Positions 37,140 through 48,749 are shown, counted from the first letter of the stretch. The stretch is 64,000 bases of DNA from Scyliorhinus canicula (GCF_902713615.1 NC_052158.1:12210546-12274545); one strand, 5' to 3'. Notes: generated from the sequence alone by a model not told the origin. Made by a program: numbers and translations.

Positions 37140-38389
37140 CTGAAACAGACAAAAAGACAAATGTTAACACACAGCAGGCAGCAATGCACAAGCCGACTAA
37201 AGTAGACAGGACTTGGCAGCACAGTGCAGCTCAACATCGCGGGCGTGTGACAGGAGAGCTGAGGCTTCTTAAATGCACATTGTCAGCAAGAAACAGAAAT
37301 AGGTGCTGGAGTAAATCAGAGAGCTCAGAGAACAAAAATCCTTCTGTACCTGCTGTACCTGCGCGCTTACTTTCAGTGCCTCATGCACGAGGACACCAAG
37401 GTCATGCTATGTATCCACCTCTCTCAATTTACACCCATTGAAATAAATAACATTTATCCACGTTACACTGCATCTGCTATGACTCACTTAGCCTGCCCAA
37501 GTCCAACTGAAGCAGCCCTGAATCCTCCACACAGTGGGGAAGGTACATGGAGACTCTGGACGTCGGAAAATGGTGAGCGACAGGTCCAGGAATGATGATG
37601 TGCTGGTTGCCTAGAGATGCCTTTGTGCACTGTGGATACACTACAAAAGGCACTAGGTGCACAGGATGTGCTAAATTACAATGGAGGAAATGATACCAGG
37701 ACTGTAAAAGGGCCCATGCAAGGGGTGGTCTATAAAATCAAGACACTTTTCCTTGTTATATTTGCGGTCAATGTGAGAGAGAAAAATGGTTGCAAAGAAA
37801 ATCTCAAGACTTCAATTCCCAAACGAAAATAATGTTGAGACTTGGTTAAGTACATGGTTTCAGCCTTGTCGCAAAAAGTAACTGCAGACTATTCAAGAAC
37901 ATTAAAGCATTTATATTGAGCAGGAGGGAGGAAGCGGCGAGGAAACATGACCTCAAATGGTGTTGATTAAATATGGAAGTCCAGACAACAGTGGGTTGAT
38001 ATAGAAGGAGCCGACGACATTAGCAAGGGGAAACTAGGGTGCAGGGAAATGGGGACACCTGCAATATGTTGTATGGATCTGATTGGTAACATTCCTAAAC
38101 CATAAGGCCCACTATGCTACTGGGGAGCTGCAGAATTGTTGCATATTTATAAATATGTCTGTTTGCATCAGATGGTCACGAGGAACAGGAAAAACTTTTG
38201 TCCGCCTGTCGTGCCATTCGGAAACCATTCATTAATTTATACCTGAAATGAGATTACCCGCTTTTGTCCGTATCGTTTGATGCCGGCATCCAGCATGGAT
38301 CTATTCATCTGCGCCTTGTGATTGTTATGTTATTTGATAATTGCTTCCAACGTTTTGTGGGAAAGTATACCAAATTTCCAGGACCCTCT

Positions 38390-39110
38390 CTCATAGAGTC
38401 GTAGCGGTCTACAAGACTGGAAAGGCCCTTCGGCCCATCGTGTCTGCGCCAGTCAAAACGACCACCTAACTATTTTAATCCCATTTTTTAGTATTTGGCC
38501 CATTGCCTTGGCATCGCAAGTGCACATCTAAATCCTTCTTAAATGTTATGAGGAACTCAGCCTCCACTCCCTTTCAGGCAGTGTGTTCCAGGCTGTCACT
38601 ACGCTCTGCATGAAAAATATTTCCTCGCATCCCCTCTAAACCTTCGGCCCCTCACCTTAAATCTATCCCTCCTGGTCATTGATCCCTCCACCAAGACTAG
38701 GGGTTTCTCCTGTCTATCTGTGACCCTTGAAAGTTAATACAGCTCAATCATGAAAATCGCTTATTGTCACGAGTCGGCTTCAATGAAGTTACTGTGAAAA
38801 GCCCCTCGTCACCACAGTCCGGCGTCTGTCTGGGGAGGCTGGTACGGGAATCAATCCGTGCTTAAGCCTGCTTGAAAAGCCAGCGATTTAGCCCAGTGAG
38901 CTAAACCAGCCCCTATACAGCTCAATAATATCCGCCCTCAGTCTCCTCTGCTCCAACGAAAACAACCCAAGTCTATCTATTCTCTCTTCACAGCTAAAAC
39001 TCTCCAGCCCAGGCAACATCCTGGTAAATATTATCTGCACCCTTTCCAGTGCTATCAGATCCCTACTATTATGTGGATTCCAGAATTGCACACAATTCTT
39101 CAGCTGTGTA
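38390..39110 (-). mobile_element. CR1 LINE 3' fragment with a short SINE insertion (38749-38914)
   Basis: LERVQIIFTRMLPGLESFSCEERIDRLGLFSLEQRRLR; SINE flanked by 12-bp duplication ATACAGCTCAAT (38737-38748 and 38915-38926). Confidence 0.82.
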
Positions 39111-40058
39111 TAACCACCGTTTTTGGAAAAATTAATCATCAGGGGACAGGGAAAATGTGACTTGATCCTGGATTTCAAGGAGAACTAGGAATTTAAGGGT
39201 CTCCATCCTGTGGGTGGTGTAAAGGTGGACCGTTGTAATTACAAACTGTCATATGTGAGAAGGGCGGCCGTTTCACAATAAGACGAAATGAGAATGGCGT
39301 GGGGAAGTAGGATATAGCTGAGAATTGAGTTCAACAATTTTACATCATAACCTTTGCCCCCATTGTGTTCCGTGTGGCTGTGTTTGCTGCCCTCTTCCAT
39401 CGTTTCTTTCTTATTCCCCTTACTTTCCGGTGGGTCTCCAGCTATTTGATTGCCCACCCCACCTATAGTCAGGTCCGTTCCTCCCTCACTAATCCCATTA
39501 GCACTCCCTTTGACCTTGCACCGTGAAACCTTTTTCGTATTCAGCCTTGTTCTTCGCCCCGCCCTCCCCTTTCCACGTGCTAAAAAAAACTACTACGCCT
39601 CTAACTTCTCTCAGTGCGGAGGGAAGGTCTCAGAACTGAAAGTTGAACTCTTTTTTTCCTCTCCAAAGATGCTTCCAGGCCTGCTCTGCTTTTGTTTCAG
39701 CTGTCCAGCAGCCGCGGTATTCTGAGTGTGCACTAGGGTTGTGTTAACCTTCCTCCCATCGGGTATGTGGGCACCCAGGTGGTTCTCAATCTAATTCGAT
39801 ATATGCAACTCATCTCCAGCTCACTGCACTAGCGAAGCTACGGAACGAGACGCGGAGTTTGCTTGGTGATGGTAAGAGATTGATCAGACCGGGGATGAAA
39901 TTAACAGGAAGCCTTGGCGCGGTGATCATACAGGGAGCAATTTGACATAATCTGCCATTGCGAAATGGCGAACACCGGCACCAGTGGATTTTGTTTTTCC
40001 TTGCAAACATAGAAATCCAGGGAGAGAAGAGGTTATATGAGCAAGTTAGCCGAGTTAC

Positions 40059-40292
40059 CATGAGTAAAGTGACTCCGTCATCCATAGTCAATTGCATCTC
40101 TATATCCGATAGTTTTTGCTGAATTTCATGGGAATTGCCTTGGATTTCGCGGAGATTTGTTTCCATTCTGTCCAAAATATTATCCTTTTCCGTATTGAGT
40201 TCATTGACCAGTTTCCGCTCTTTTTCATCCAACATGGAGCGCAATTTGGAAAATTCATAGTCGATGAGGGTTTGCAATTTGTTCGACTGTTC
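40059..40292 (-). CDS. TRIM-B coding exon 3 (234 nt, coiled coil)
   Basis: tcacag|GAA CAG TCG..CTC ATG|gtaact; EQSNKLQTLIDYEFSKLRSMLDEKERKL..DGVTLLM. Confidence 0.92.
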
Positions 40293-40443
40293 CTGTGAAA
40301 ATAAGAACACGGTAAGGTGACTACTCCGGGCCACAAAGACCATATTCAATCGCCTCACCTGAAAGTGCATAGGGATAGAATTCAGTTCAACAGACCACAC
40401 TGCCCGGACAAGTGAAACTTACATCGACGGATTGTGAAATTAC

Positions 40444-40539
40444 CTTGATTCCAGAGATGTTCTCTTGTTGCTTCAGTTCAAAATCTTGATAAGAGGTTTT
40501 CTTCTGCCTCAGGATCAATAAAGTTCTGTTGATTTTTCC
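40444..40539 (-). CDS. TRIM-B coding exon 2 (96 nt)
   Basis: ttccag|GGA AAA ATC..ATC AAG|gtaatt; GKINRTLLILRQKKTSYQDFELKQQENISGIK. Confidence 0.9.
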
Positions 40540-40639
40540 CTGGAATTGAGATTGAGAGTTGGAGATGATGGCTGTTAAAGATAAATGGGACTAGCCACAA
40601 TCTATTAAGAACCCGCCACTGAATCTGTTTGTCCCTTAC

Positions 40640-41062
40640 CTTGTACATGTCGATGGCTTCGTTCAGCAGCATGAAATTGTGAGCCGTGTGGCTTTTCCCA
40701 TCCCTCCTGTCCAGGCAGTTCACGCAGATCAATTTCCGCTCAGTTTCACAAAACAGCTTCACCTCCTCCTGGTGTTCCTCGCAAATTGGGTGACCGCTCT
40801 TTTTAACTTTCTGATCCTCTTGAGGGCTGGTAGTTTTCGCAAAACGGCCTTCCGAATGCTCATTGGACAGCGGCACTTTTCGCTTCACAGTTAGCTTGCA
40901 TTCCGGGCAGAAAATGAGGTTGTCGCTTTGGTTGTAGCGGGCGGTGCAGTCGCGACAGAAGACGTGCCCGCAATCTAATGCTACCCCGTCGGCAACGATC
41001 ATACCGCAAATGCCGCAATCAAAATCGCCTTTCCGACTCGGCATCGGGTACTGGGAGGTCAT
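40640..41062 (-). CDS. TRIM-B coding exon 1: divergent C3HC4 RING plus B-box2
   Basis: CGICGMIVADGVALDCGHVFCRDC..CPECK; CEEHQEEVKLFCETERKLICVNCLDRRDGKSHTAH; donor AAG|gtaagg; candidate acceptor gives exon start 41101; model join(41062-40640,40539-40444,40292-40059,37139-37117,37028-36919,...). Confidence 0.93.
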
Positions 41063-41374
41063 GATCCAAACTGCGTTGGCTCTCAGTGGCCGCTGTGCTA
41101 TCTAAAGTAAGGAACTGCGGATGGAGGGAGTTTTGCTATCAGTAGGGGCGTTTGCCTTCTGCGCATGTGCAACCTCAGATCGTTGGCTGCCTTCAAGTCA
41201 AGTAGCTACTTCCACTCTTTCCATATATGGAATGCAAATAAACGTTTCCTGCTAGAGATGAGGGATGGGGTAACGCGGCCGACGAAATCCCTGGGACGTG
41301 CTCAGTGGAATGGTGCTGACACAAGGATGTTGAATCTCTGCAGCGGGATTGTCCACCTCCATATTCCTCCTCAG

Positions 41375-41502
41375 ATCTACCCCACCCCAGCTCTACCCCT
41401 CCCCAGCTCTACCCCTCCCCTACTCTACCCTTCCTCAGCTCTACCCCTCTCCAGCTCTACCCCTCCCCTACTCTGCCCCTCCTCAGCTCTACCCCTCCCT
41501 AG
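41375..41502. repeat. C-rich minisatellite (CTCTACCCCTCCCCAG-like units of about 15-16 bp)
   Basis: Directly visible tandem array. Confidence 0.9.
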
Positions 41503-43103
41503 TAGCAGAGTTGGGGGCGGGAGGGGGAGCTGTCGGAGATTAGGATTTGTGCACATCGAAAATAAAATAAACGGAATGCGGAGAGGTTGGGAAAGGAGAG
41601 GGTGAGGTAGATCTTCGCTCTCAATCTGAGCGGGAGCCTTGTTGGAAAATAGGGAAAATCCAGCGACAGGATATGAGGGACGCTTGCGCCACTTTTCTGA
41701 ATTCTGATGATTGTTGGATGGATTTTGGACAAGGGATGGGGGAACATCCGGGGTTACCCACCATCCCTAAAGTGGAACCCTGAGATGTAGAACAAAGGCC
41801 TCCAATGCCACCCCTGATCCTCAGCTTTCTCCCTGTTGTTTCCTCTGGATGACACCAACCCCGTCGGAAGGAGGCAGAAAAATCAGTTGTCCCATCAGTG
41901 AGAAATCTACCCACGTCTTGCTGTTATTTTGGGAGATCGGGCCTAGCCGAACAGAAATTTATAACTAATTAGTTCACTGGACAGTTTAGTCTAGATTGTA
42001 AAAATTGGGTGGCTTTACTTCTTTTTGTTTATTCATTCGTGGGATGTGGGCGTTGCTGGCCTGGGCAGTATTTATTGCACATCTCTCATTGCCCTTGAGA
42101 AGGTGGTGGACACTCACCTTGTTGTGCCGCTGCAGGCTATGTGGTGTAAGTCTATTCACATTGCTCTTAAGAACGGAATTCTATGATTTTCACCAGTGAA
42201 GGAACAGCGATCTATTTCCAAGACAGGATGGTGTATTGATTGCAGGAGAACTTTCGGGTGGCGGTGTTCCCATGCGCCTGGTGTCCTTGTTCTTCTGGGA
42301 GGTAGAGGTCTCCCATTTGGAAGATGCTGTCCAAGGAGCTTCGGTGAGTTGCTGCACTGCATCTTGTAGATGGCATATGCTGCTGCCACTGTGCATTACT
42401 GGGTGACGGGGTGCTAAACAAGTGGGCTCCTTTTCATGGATAGTGATGAGCTACTTGAATGTTGATGCTGCATTCATCCAGGCAAGCGGAGATTATTCCA
42501 TCACACTCCTGACCTGTGCCTTGGGGAGTCAGGAGAAGGTTTACTCCTCCAGAATTCCAAACCTCTGATCTGCTTTTGTAGCCACAGTGTTTACATGGCT
42601 GATGCAGTTCAGTTCCTGGTCAAGGAAACTCCCAGGTAATGCCATTCAATGTATTGGGGAAATAGATTATCTTTTCACAGGAGGAGGCCATTCGGCCCAT
42701 CGAGTTTTCACCGACCCTTCGAAAGACCGCCCCATCTAGGCCCAATCTCCCGCCCTATTCCTGAAATCCCACTCTACGGGGCAATATAGCACCACGCATC
42801 CACCTAACCAGCACATTTTTGGATTGTGGGAGGAAACCGGAGCATACTCCACACAGTCACCCGAGGTCGGAATCGAAACTGGGTTCCTGGCTACTCACTG
42901 TGCCACCGTGCCACTGGAGATGGAGGTGACCTTGCCTGACAGCTTTGTGGCACGTGTGCGACTGTTTCTTGTCACCAACCAGTTCAAGCCAGGATGTTGC
43001 CTAGGTGTTGCTGCATACGGGCATGACTGGGTTATGCTTGTGTTAATTTCGCATGAACATATGTCGTAAATGCAGGAATGCTGGAAATCCGTCATGATAT
43101 AAT

Positions 43104-43279
43104 AGATGTGGAGATGCCGGTGTTGGACTGGGGTGAGCACAGTAAGAAGTCTTACAACATTAGGTTAAAGTCCAACAGGTTTGTTTCAAACACCAGCTTT
43201 CGGGGCACAGTGCACCGAAAGCTAGTGTTTGAAACAAACCCGTTGGACTTTAACCGGGTGCTGTACGAGTTCTTACTAA
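43104..43279. mobile_element. Penelope-like terminal fragment forming a palindrome
   Basis: GATGTGGAGATGCC.. then inverted arms around GCTTTCGGGGCAC-A-GTGCACCGAAAGC; 8-bp flanking duplication GATATAAT (43096-43103 and 43280-43287). Confidence 0.75.
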
Positions 43280-44279
43280 GATATAATTGACATGTGGAGC
43301 ACGCTACAATTCTGTACCTACAAGAAATAAACTGTTTTTTCTATCATTCCACACCTTTGTTTACATAATGTTTCTTGATTATTTCTCATAAGTTCTGGAG
43401 GAATTCAGTTACCATTTGACACTTAAATAAATGATGCATTCACAGCCCGGAGCAATCATTCAACCAACAGGTTGGGAGACATATCCAGGGACATCCGGGC
43501 ACTGGCATTTGAACTGGGCTAAGGACTCTTACTGGTATTCCTAGGCGGTTGGTGGGGGAGGGGGGGGGGGGGGGGGGGGGTTCATTTTGCTCTGGGCGAG
43601 TTCATGCATTTTCTGCAACGAGCGGTAACCGGAATCCACCCCCTCCCCCCCCCCCTCCCACACGCGGGCCAACCACCACCCCCCGCTCCTCAAATCCTCC
43701 GCCCAGTCCCGGCATCCACCACACCCCGCGCCCCAACTCTGTTCCCTTCCCCAGCGCCAACACCCCACTCCTCGGCACGGACGGGCGCGCACACACACAA
43801 ACACACACACACATTGTCTTCACGAACTTTGGAAGGCAAACAGAACTTGGCACCTGTTTCAAAGCGTCCTTGTGAATTTCTATGTACCAATCTCAGTAAC
43901 AAAGTTGCAATGTCAAATAGGCTTTCTGTAATAACACTCAGTTACTTTAAGGCAGTGCTGACCTTGACGAACTGCATCAGCCGGGTCAGAATGCGTTTCC
44001 GGAGATTGCTTACTTTTGAAGCAACAATGTACATGTCTCTTGGTGCAACGCCCAAGAATAGCACAACGGCGAAAGAGACCATTCGACCCGTCGAAACTAT
44101 GACGGCCTTTTGAAAGAGTAATCCACTAGTCATACTCCCCACCTCCCAACCCCCACTCCCAGCGCTCTGTATCCATAGATATTTTTCCCCCACCAAATGT
44201 TTCATCGAATCCACTTTGAAAGTTGCTGCTGGATCTGTTCCCATCGTCCGTTCAAGTAATGCTTTCTAGATCATCGTTT

Positions 44280-44800
44280 AAGCCTGCCTTCTGGTCATAA
44301 TTCCGCTTCCTCCGTCGCCCCCAAAACCTCCTCCCATCCCAGCCAAGCAATCTCACCGGAAGGGGGCGAAAACGCCCCCCCCCCCCTCCCCCCAAGGGCC
44401 AATGAGGAAGGTTTCGGAATATTCCTCTCCAGACCTCCTCAGGCAATGACAGCAAGTTCTGGGGAAGGCATCTTCCAAGCTTTTTTTGTTTGCAACATCC
44501 TGTGTCTGCCTATCCAGGCGGTGGAAGGCTCGAACGGGATGCGAAGAAATTGAAGTGAAATCAACTGTTTTCTTGTCATTGCAAGAAAGATTTTGGCGCT
44601 GCCTGTACACGAATGCACCCAGGCCTCGAACAGCAGGTAAGGGCTAGACATTTTCCTGAGCACGTGTTAAATTCGCAGGGTGAAGTGGTTGGTGAAAACT
44701 CACACGGGAACTCAATCCAAATGTCAGGCGCCAGTCTTCTGCAATGGATGTCGTACCGTCTCCAAGTGGGAATTTCCTCATCGCCCACATGATATGGGCG
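44280..44800. promoter_or_regulatory. candidate bidirectional promoter of TRIM-B and TRIM-C
   Basis: CpG/GC-rich, between divergent genes; ETS CCGGAAG 44356-44362, CCAAT 44399-44403, GGAATATTCC 44416-44425, IRF-like GAAATTGAAGTGAAA 44546-44560, NF-kB GGGAATTTCC 44768-44777; + strand donor CAG|gtaagg at 44637. Confidence 0.5.
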
Positions 44801-45648
44801 GAAGAATTGCGGAAAATCACAAGCAAAACCAGAGGCGAAAATTCAAGGAATTCACCCCCCGTCAGCAACGCGGCAGGCATTTATCTTTTTTTGTGAAGGA
44901 AATATTGTAACGCTACGTATCTTTTCAACGAAATAGCGCACTTTGAAGGTTACCATTGGATATCTTAGCAGAATAAAGTTCTATAAATGTACTAATTTCC
45001 CCGAAACAACGCGCGATCTGCTGAGTAGCGTCGAAGTTAAACCTGTTAGCCTATTCAATGATGTCTTGTGGCTGCCTCCCCGTCTTTGAGCCAGTCAGCT
45101 CTCCGCGACTTGCAAAACGTCCCAATGCGCGCACAGCAGGCACTGAGAGTGGGAGTGTTTGCGGGACGACAGTGCTTGCTGTGGAGTGTGGCGAGGCTCG
45201 AACTGTAGCAGATAGGCTGACAATATTTATCAGGACTTATAGTAATTATAACCTTAGCTCGTAAGTGTGCCTAACTGCCACACTGATTTTAGACAATTCA
45301 TTAGCGGGCAGCACATATACGTGACCTGGAATTTTGTTTCTAACTTGCATTGTTTTTGTTTACGATTCAGCGCCTTCTGAACGCCATTGATAGTGGCGGA
45401 TGCAGATACCATCTCCTAACACACGGCATTGGGTAAATGCAGAGAACCTAATTATCTAGTTGCTTAAAGACCTGGAACTATTTCCCATCCCCCACACGCT
45501 GGAGAAATCGCGAGATAAGCTCCGGGTCTTTCCCGGTGATCTCGCTGAAAGCGCAAGCTCCTTGGACAGGCAGCTTATTACGTCTGATGCCATCATCGCG
45601 GAGAGCGGCGGGGTGGCACTGGACGCACAACGAAAGGTAAAGCCCACC

Positions 45649-46077
45649 ATGTCTTCCGGATCTTCAAGCCTAAGCTTGGGCGATGAGCTGAATTGCCCCA
45701 TGTGCCTGGACATCTTCATCGATCCGGTTATGCTGGAGTGCGGCCATGATTTCTGCCGTCAGTGTATCTTGCAGTGCTGGGAGAAAGAGAAGAAAGCGTT
45801 CTGCCCAGAGTGCGGGGAGGTGTTCCGAGAAAAGAACTTGAAAGCCAACCGGGCTCTGGGAGTCCTGTCCAACAAAATTCGCAGCTTGAACATCAAGCAG
45901 AACGTGGAACCCAACAAAGTCTTCAACCCGTTCTGTGACGAACATCAGGAGGAACTGAAGCTGTTCTGTGAAACTGACAAGAAATTGATCTGCGTGATGT
46001 GTCTCGATAGGAGAGACGGTCGGAGCCACAAATCCCACAACTTCATGCTGATTAACGAGGCGGTCGAGATTTACAAG
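45649..46077 (+). CDS. TRIM-C coding exon 1: RING plus B-box2 of a complete RBCC-PRY/SPRY TRIM E3 ligase (478 aa; TRIM39/TRIM69/A33-like family)
   Basis: Kozak CCCACCATG; [56 protein letters not shown]; model join(45649-46077,46180-46275,46379-46612,48517-48539,48640-48749,52121-52665)=1437 nt, all GT-AG, open. Confidence 0.96.
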
Positions 46078-46179
46078 GTAAGAAAGCAACTGTGTGATTG
46101 TTAGCTGGAGCTTTAAATTTAATTGGCGATTTATTTCCAATTAACGAATTCCCCCATTTCACTGCTGTTGTGACCACAG

Positions 46180-46275
46180 GATAAAATGAGGGGAAACCTG
46201 CAGGCTCTTAATCAGAAAAAGACTTCCATACAAAACGTGTTACTCAAGCAACAGCAAAGCATCTCAGAAATCCAG
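46180..46275 (+). CDS. TRIM-C coding exon 2 (96 nt)
   Basis: cacag|GAT AAA ATG..ATC CAG|gtaact; DKMRGNLQALNQKKTSIQNVLLKQQQSISEIQ. Confidence 0.93.
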
Positions 46276-46378
46276 GTAACTTGTCAACATGAGTGGTTGT
46301 TCGCGTCTGGTTCTCTTGTGCTAACTTGCCCCAATACCGCACGGTCCAATGACCTCTGTTGTTGTTGTTTTGCCACAG

Positions 46379-46612
46379 GAGCAATCGAACATTTTGCAAA
46401 AACACATCTCGTCAGAATTTACCAAACTGCGCACGGTGCTGGAGGAGAAAGAGCGGGCCTTAGCCAAGGAGCTGGGAGAACAAGAGGAGGACATTCTGAA
46501 GAAGATGGAGTCCAACCTGCGTGACATTCAAGAGCATCTGAATGAGACAGAGGAGAAGTTGTCGGGCGTCCATTCGCAGTTAAATCAGCAAGATGCCTTC
46601 TCCTTGCTCAAG
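46379..46612 (+). CDS. TRIM-C coding exon 3 (234 nt, coiled coil)
   Basis: cacag|GAG CAA TCG..CTC AAG|gtaagg; EQSNILQKHISSEFTKLRTVLEEKERAL..DAFSLLK. Confidence 0.94.
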
Positions 46613-47996
46613 GTAAGGCGATGGTTTAATGGGCACAGTTAGACTTCCGGGAGTGCAAAATCGTCAATGGAGCATATTCAAGAAAGGCAGGCAGGCATTG
46701 ATATGAGGCAAAGTAAAACACTTTCAAGTGTTGTATTTTTAAAATTATTATTTATCTAATTCTTCTTATGCGGTTCTGTTGACTGACCAATAGCACCCCG
46801 TATTTGGCAATGTGCAATAAATTAGTACGAGTCTATACCAGCAGATACCTCTGACCTAACCTGGTGTTGTAAGACTTCTTACTGTGCACATGCCAGTTCA
46901 ACGCCAGCATTTCCACATCAAACCATCAACGGCACTTGTTCTGCGCCCTATCCTACTTCAGGTGGTCGGGAAATTTAGCATTGGAGAAAATGCGGCCAAT
47001 TGTACTAGTCTCCACTCCAGCGATTTTCTTCTCCAAATCTGCACAGAACAAAGGCAGTCTCCGGCCGGCGTCAGTCTTGAAGGTGCAGATTGTTAAAGGT
47101 CGCACCCCGTTCAGAATGTTCTCCCGATATCCCCCAAGAATCACTCATCACCTTCCCTTAACATCCCCACCCCATCTGTGGAGACGTCCAATTTTCCTGC
47201 TCTCAATCAACCAGTGGTTTCTAGCCAAAACTATCGAGGACAAACCGAGAAGTGAGTTGCCAATCCGCCAAGAACACGCTTGGGAGATGGTGGAAGGATT
47301 TCTACTGAGATTCCCATTGTCCTTCGACGTAACCTCGGCGCACTTTAGCTCCCTTGCGCAGTTTCCTCGATCTTTCCACCCAAGTTAGGACGGAAAATGG
47401 CTTGGCTTCTTCCGACCGAAGATGGACAGGAAACCCGAAAGACGTCATAAAGGGCCCAAACCCTAAAGACGTCATAAAGGGCCCTCTGCCACCTTTTCAT
47501 TGCGATTTCTGCTGGCCCTTCCAGGCAAAAGCAGGTCGGAAGAATTCCGCGATTTGTGGCCCTGAGGTTTTTCTCCTTATCTGCATTGCGGGTTGTAGAA
47601 CAATAGCACTTTGCCGGAAAGGAAGAGGTCGCAAGCCGTGTGTTTTTGTGCTGGATCTTTGCTGGAGCTAGTATAGCAACCCCACCCCTCGACTCTGGCC
47701 TAGTATCTCCCTTAGATTCACATGGCCAGTCTAATGATTATGTTCACTTACCATCATTTGTCATAGAATACTATTCTAACATCCTAATTGACGATGTAAT
47801 TGAGTGGTTCAAGGCTATTCCTCGTCGTACTGTTGTTGATTCTCGTTGGTGATAGGCGAACTAATCGATTGATATACGATTGATATCTGACTGTAATATG
47901 TTCACACCATCAACGACTCCTCTTGAATTAGCACAGGAATGCCATACTTACTTGCTCGCTAATACCAAGAGCAATAATGCATTCCAGCCCGTTCTG

Positions 47997-48305
47997 AGAA
48001 CATAGAACATACAGTGCAGAAGGAGACCGTTCCTCCCACTGCACCGGCCCACTTAAGCCCTCACTTCCACCCTATCCCCATAACCCCTGCTAACCTTTTT
48101 TTGGTCACTAAGGGCAATTTAATCATGGCCAATCCACCTAACCTGCACATCTTTGGACTGTGGGAGGAAACCGGAGCACCGGGAGGAAACCCACGCAGAC
48201 ACGGGGAGGACAAGCAGACTCCGCACAGTGACCCAGCAGGGAATCGAACTTGGGACCCTGGCGCTGTGAAGCCACAGTGCTATCCATGTATGCTACCGTG
48301 CTGCC
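47997..48305 (-). mobile_element. V-SINE variant
   Basis: AGAACATAGAACATACAGTGCAGAAGG tail and reverse-complement tRNA head GGGAATCGAAC..CCGTGCTGCC. Confidence 0.8.
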
Positions 48306-48516
48306 TTAGTTCTGATTGGAATACGTATCCAGAAATTGTATGTTTCTGTCTCTCGGAGTTGGCGGGCGGGTGGTTTCCCAAGCGAAGCTGATGCGATTTT
48401 GACAATTTCAATGAAGCCTCATGCTCCACCCGGCTTCATGATAAATCACCTGTCATGTGTTGCTATCGCTATCATGCAAATGCTGCGAACTCCAATCTCT
48501 GTTCTGTTTGTTTTAG

Positions 48517-48539
48517 GAGGATCCAGATAAGGGGAAGAG
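48517..48539 (+). CDS. TRIM-C coding exon 4 (23 nt)
   Basis: ttttag|GAG GAT CCA GAT AAG GGG AAG AG|gtatga. Confidence 0.88.
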
Positions 48540-48639
48540 GTATGAAAGACCGCTTAATTGAACGTGTGTAGAAATCAATACAGCTCCAACTTTTGTTACC
48601 TGTTTTTCAATCACTAACATCTCCCATTTACATTGCTAG

Positions 48640-48749
48640 CGAAGCGAACTATCTGACGACAGTCACAGAAGGCAGACTCCCTCTGGGATCATTCAAAGGA
48701 CCCATCCAGTACAAAGTATGGCGAGATATTATGGACGTTATCAATCCTG
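48640..48749 (+). CDS. TRIM-C coding exon 5 (110 nt)
   Basis: gctag|C GAA GCG..AAT CCT G|gtaaga; EANYLTTVTEGRLPLGSFKGPIQYKVWRDIMDVINP. Confidence 0.92.

Noticed and set aside
43541-44113. Overlapping Pro/Gly-rich ORFs between the divergent TRIM genes
   Set aside because: Produced by G/C homopolymers and low-complexity DNA.
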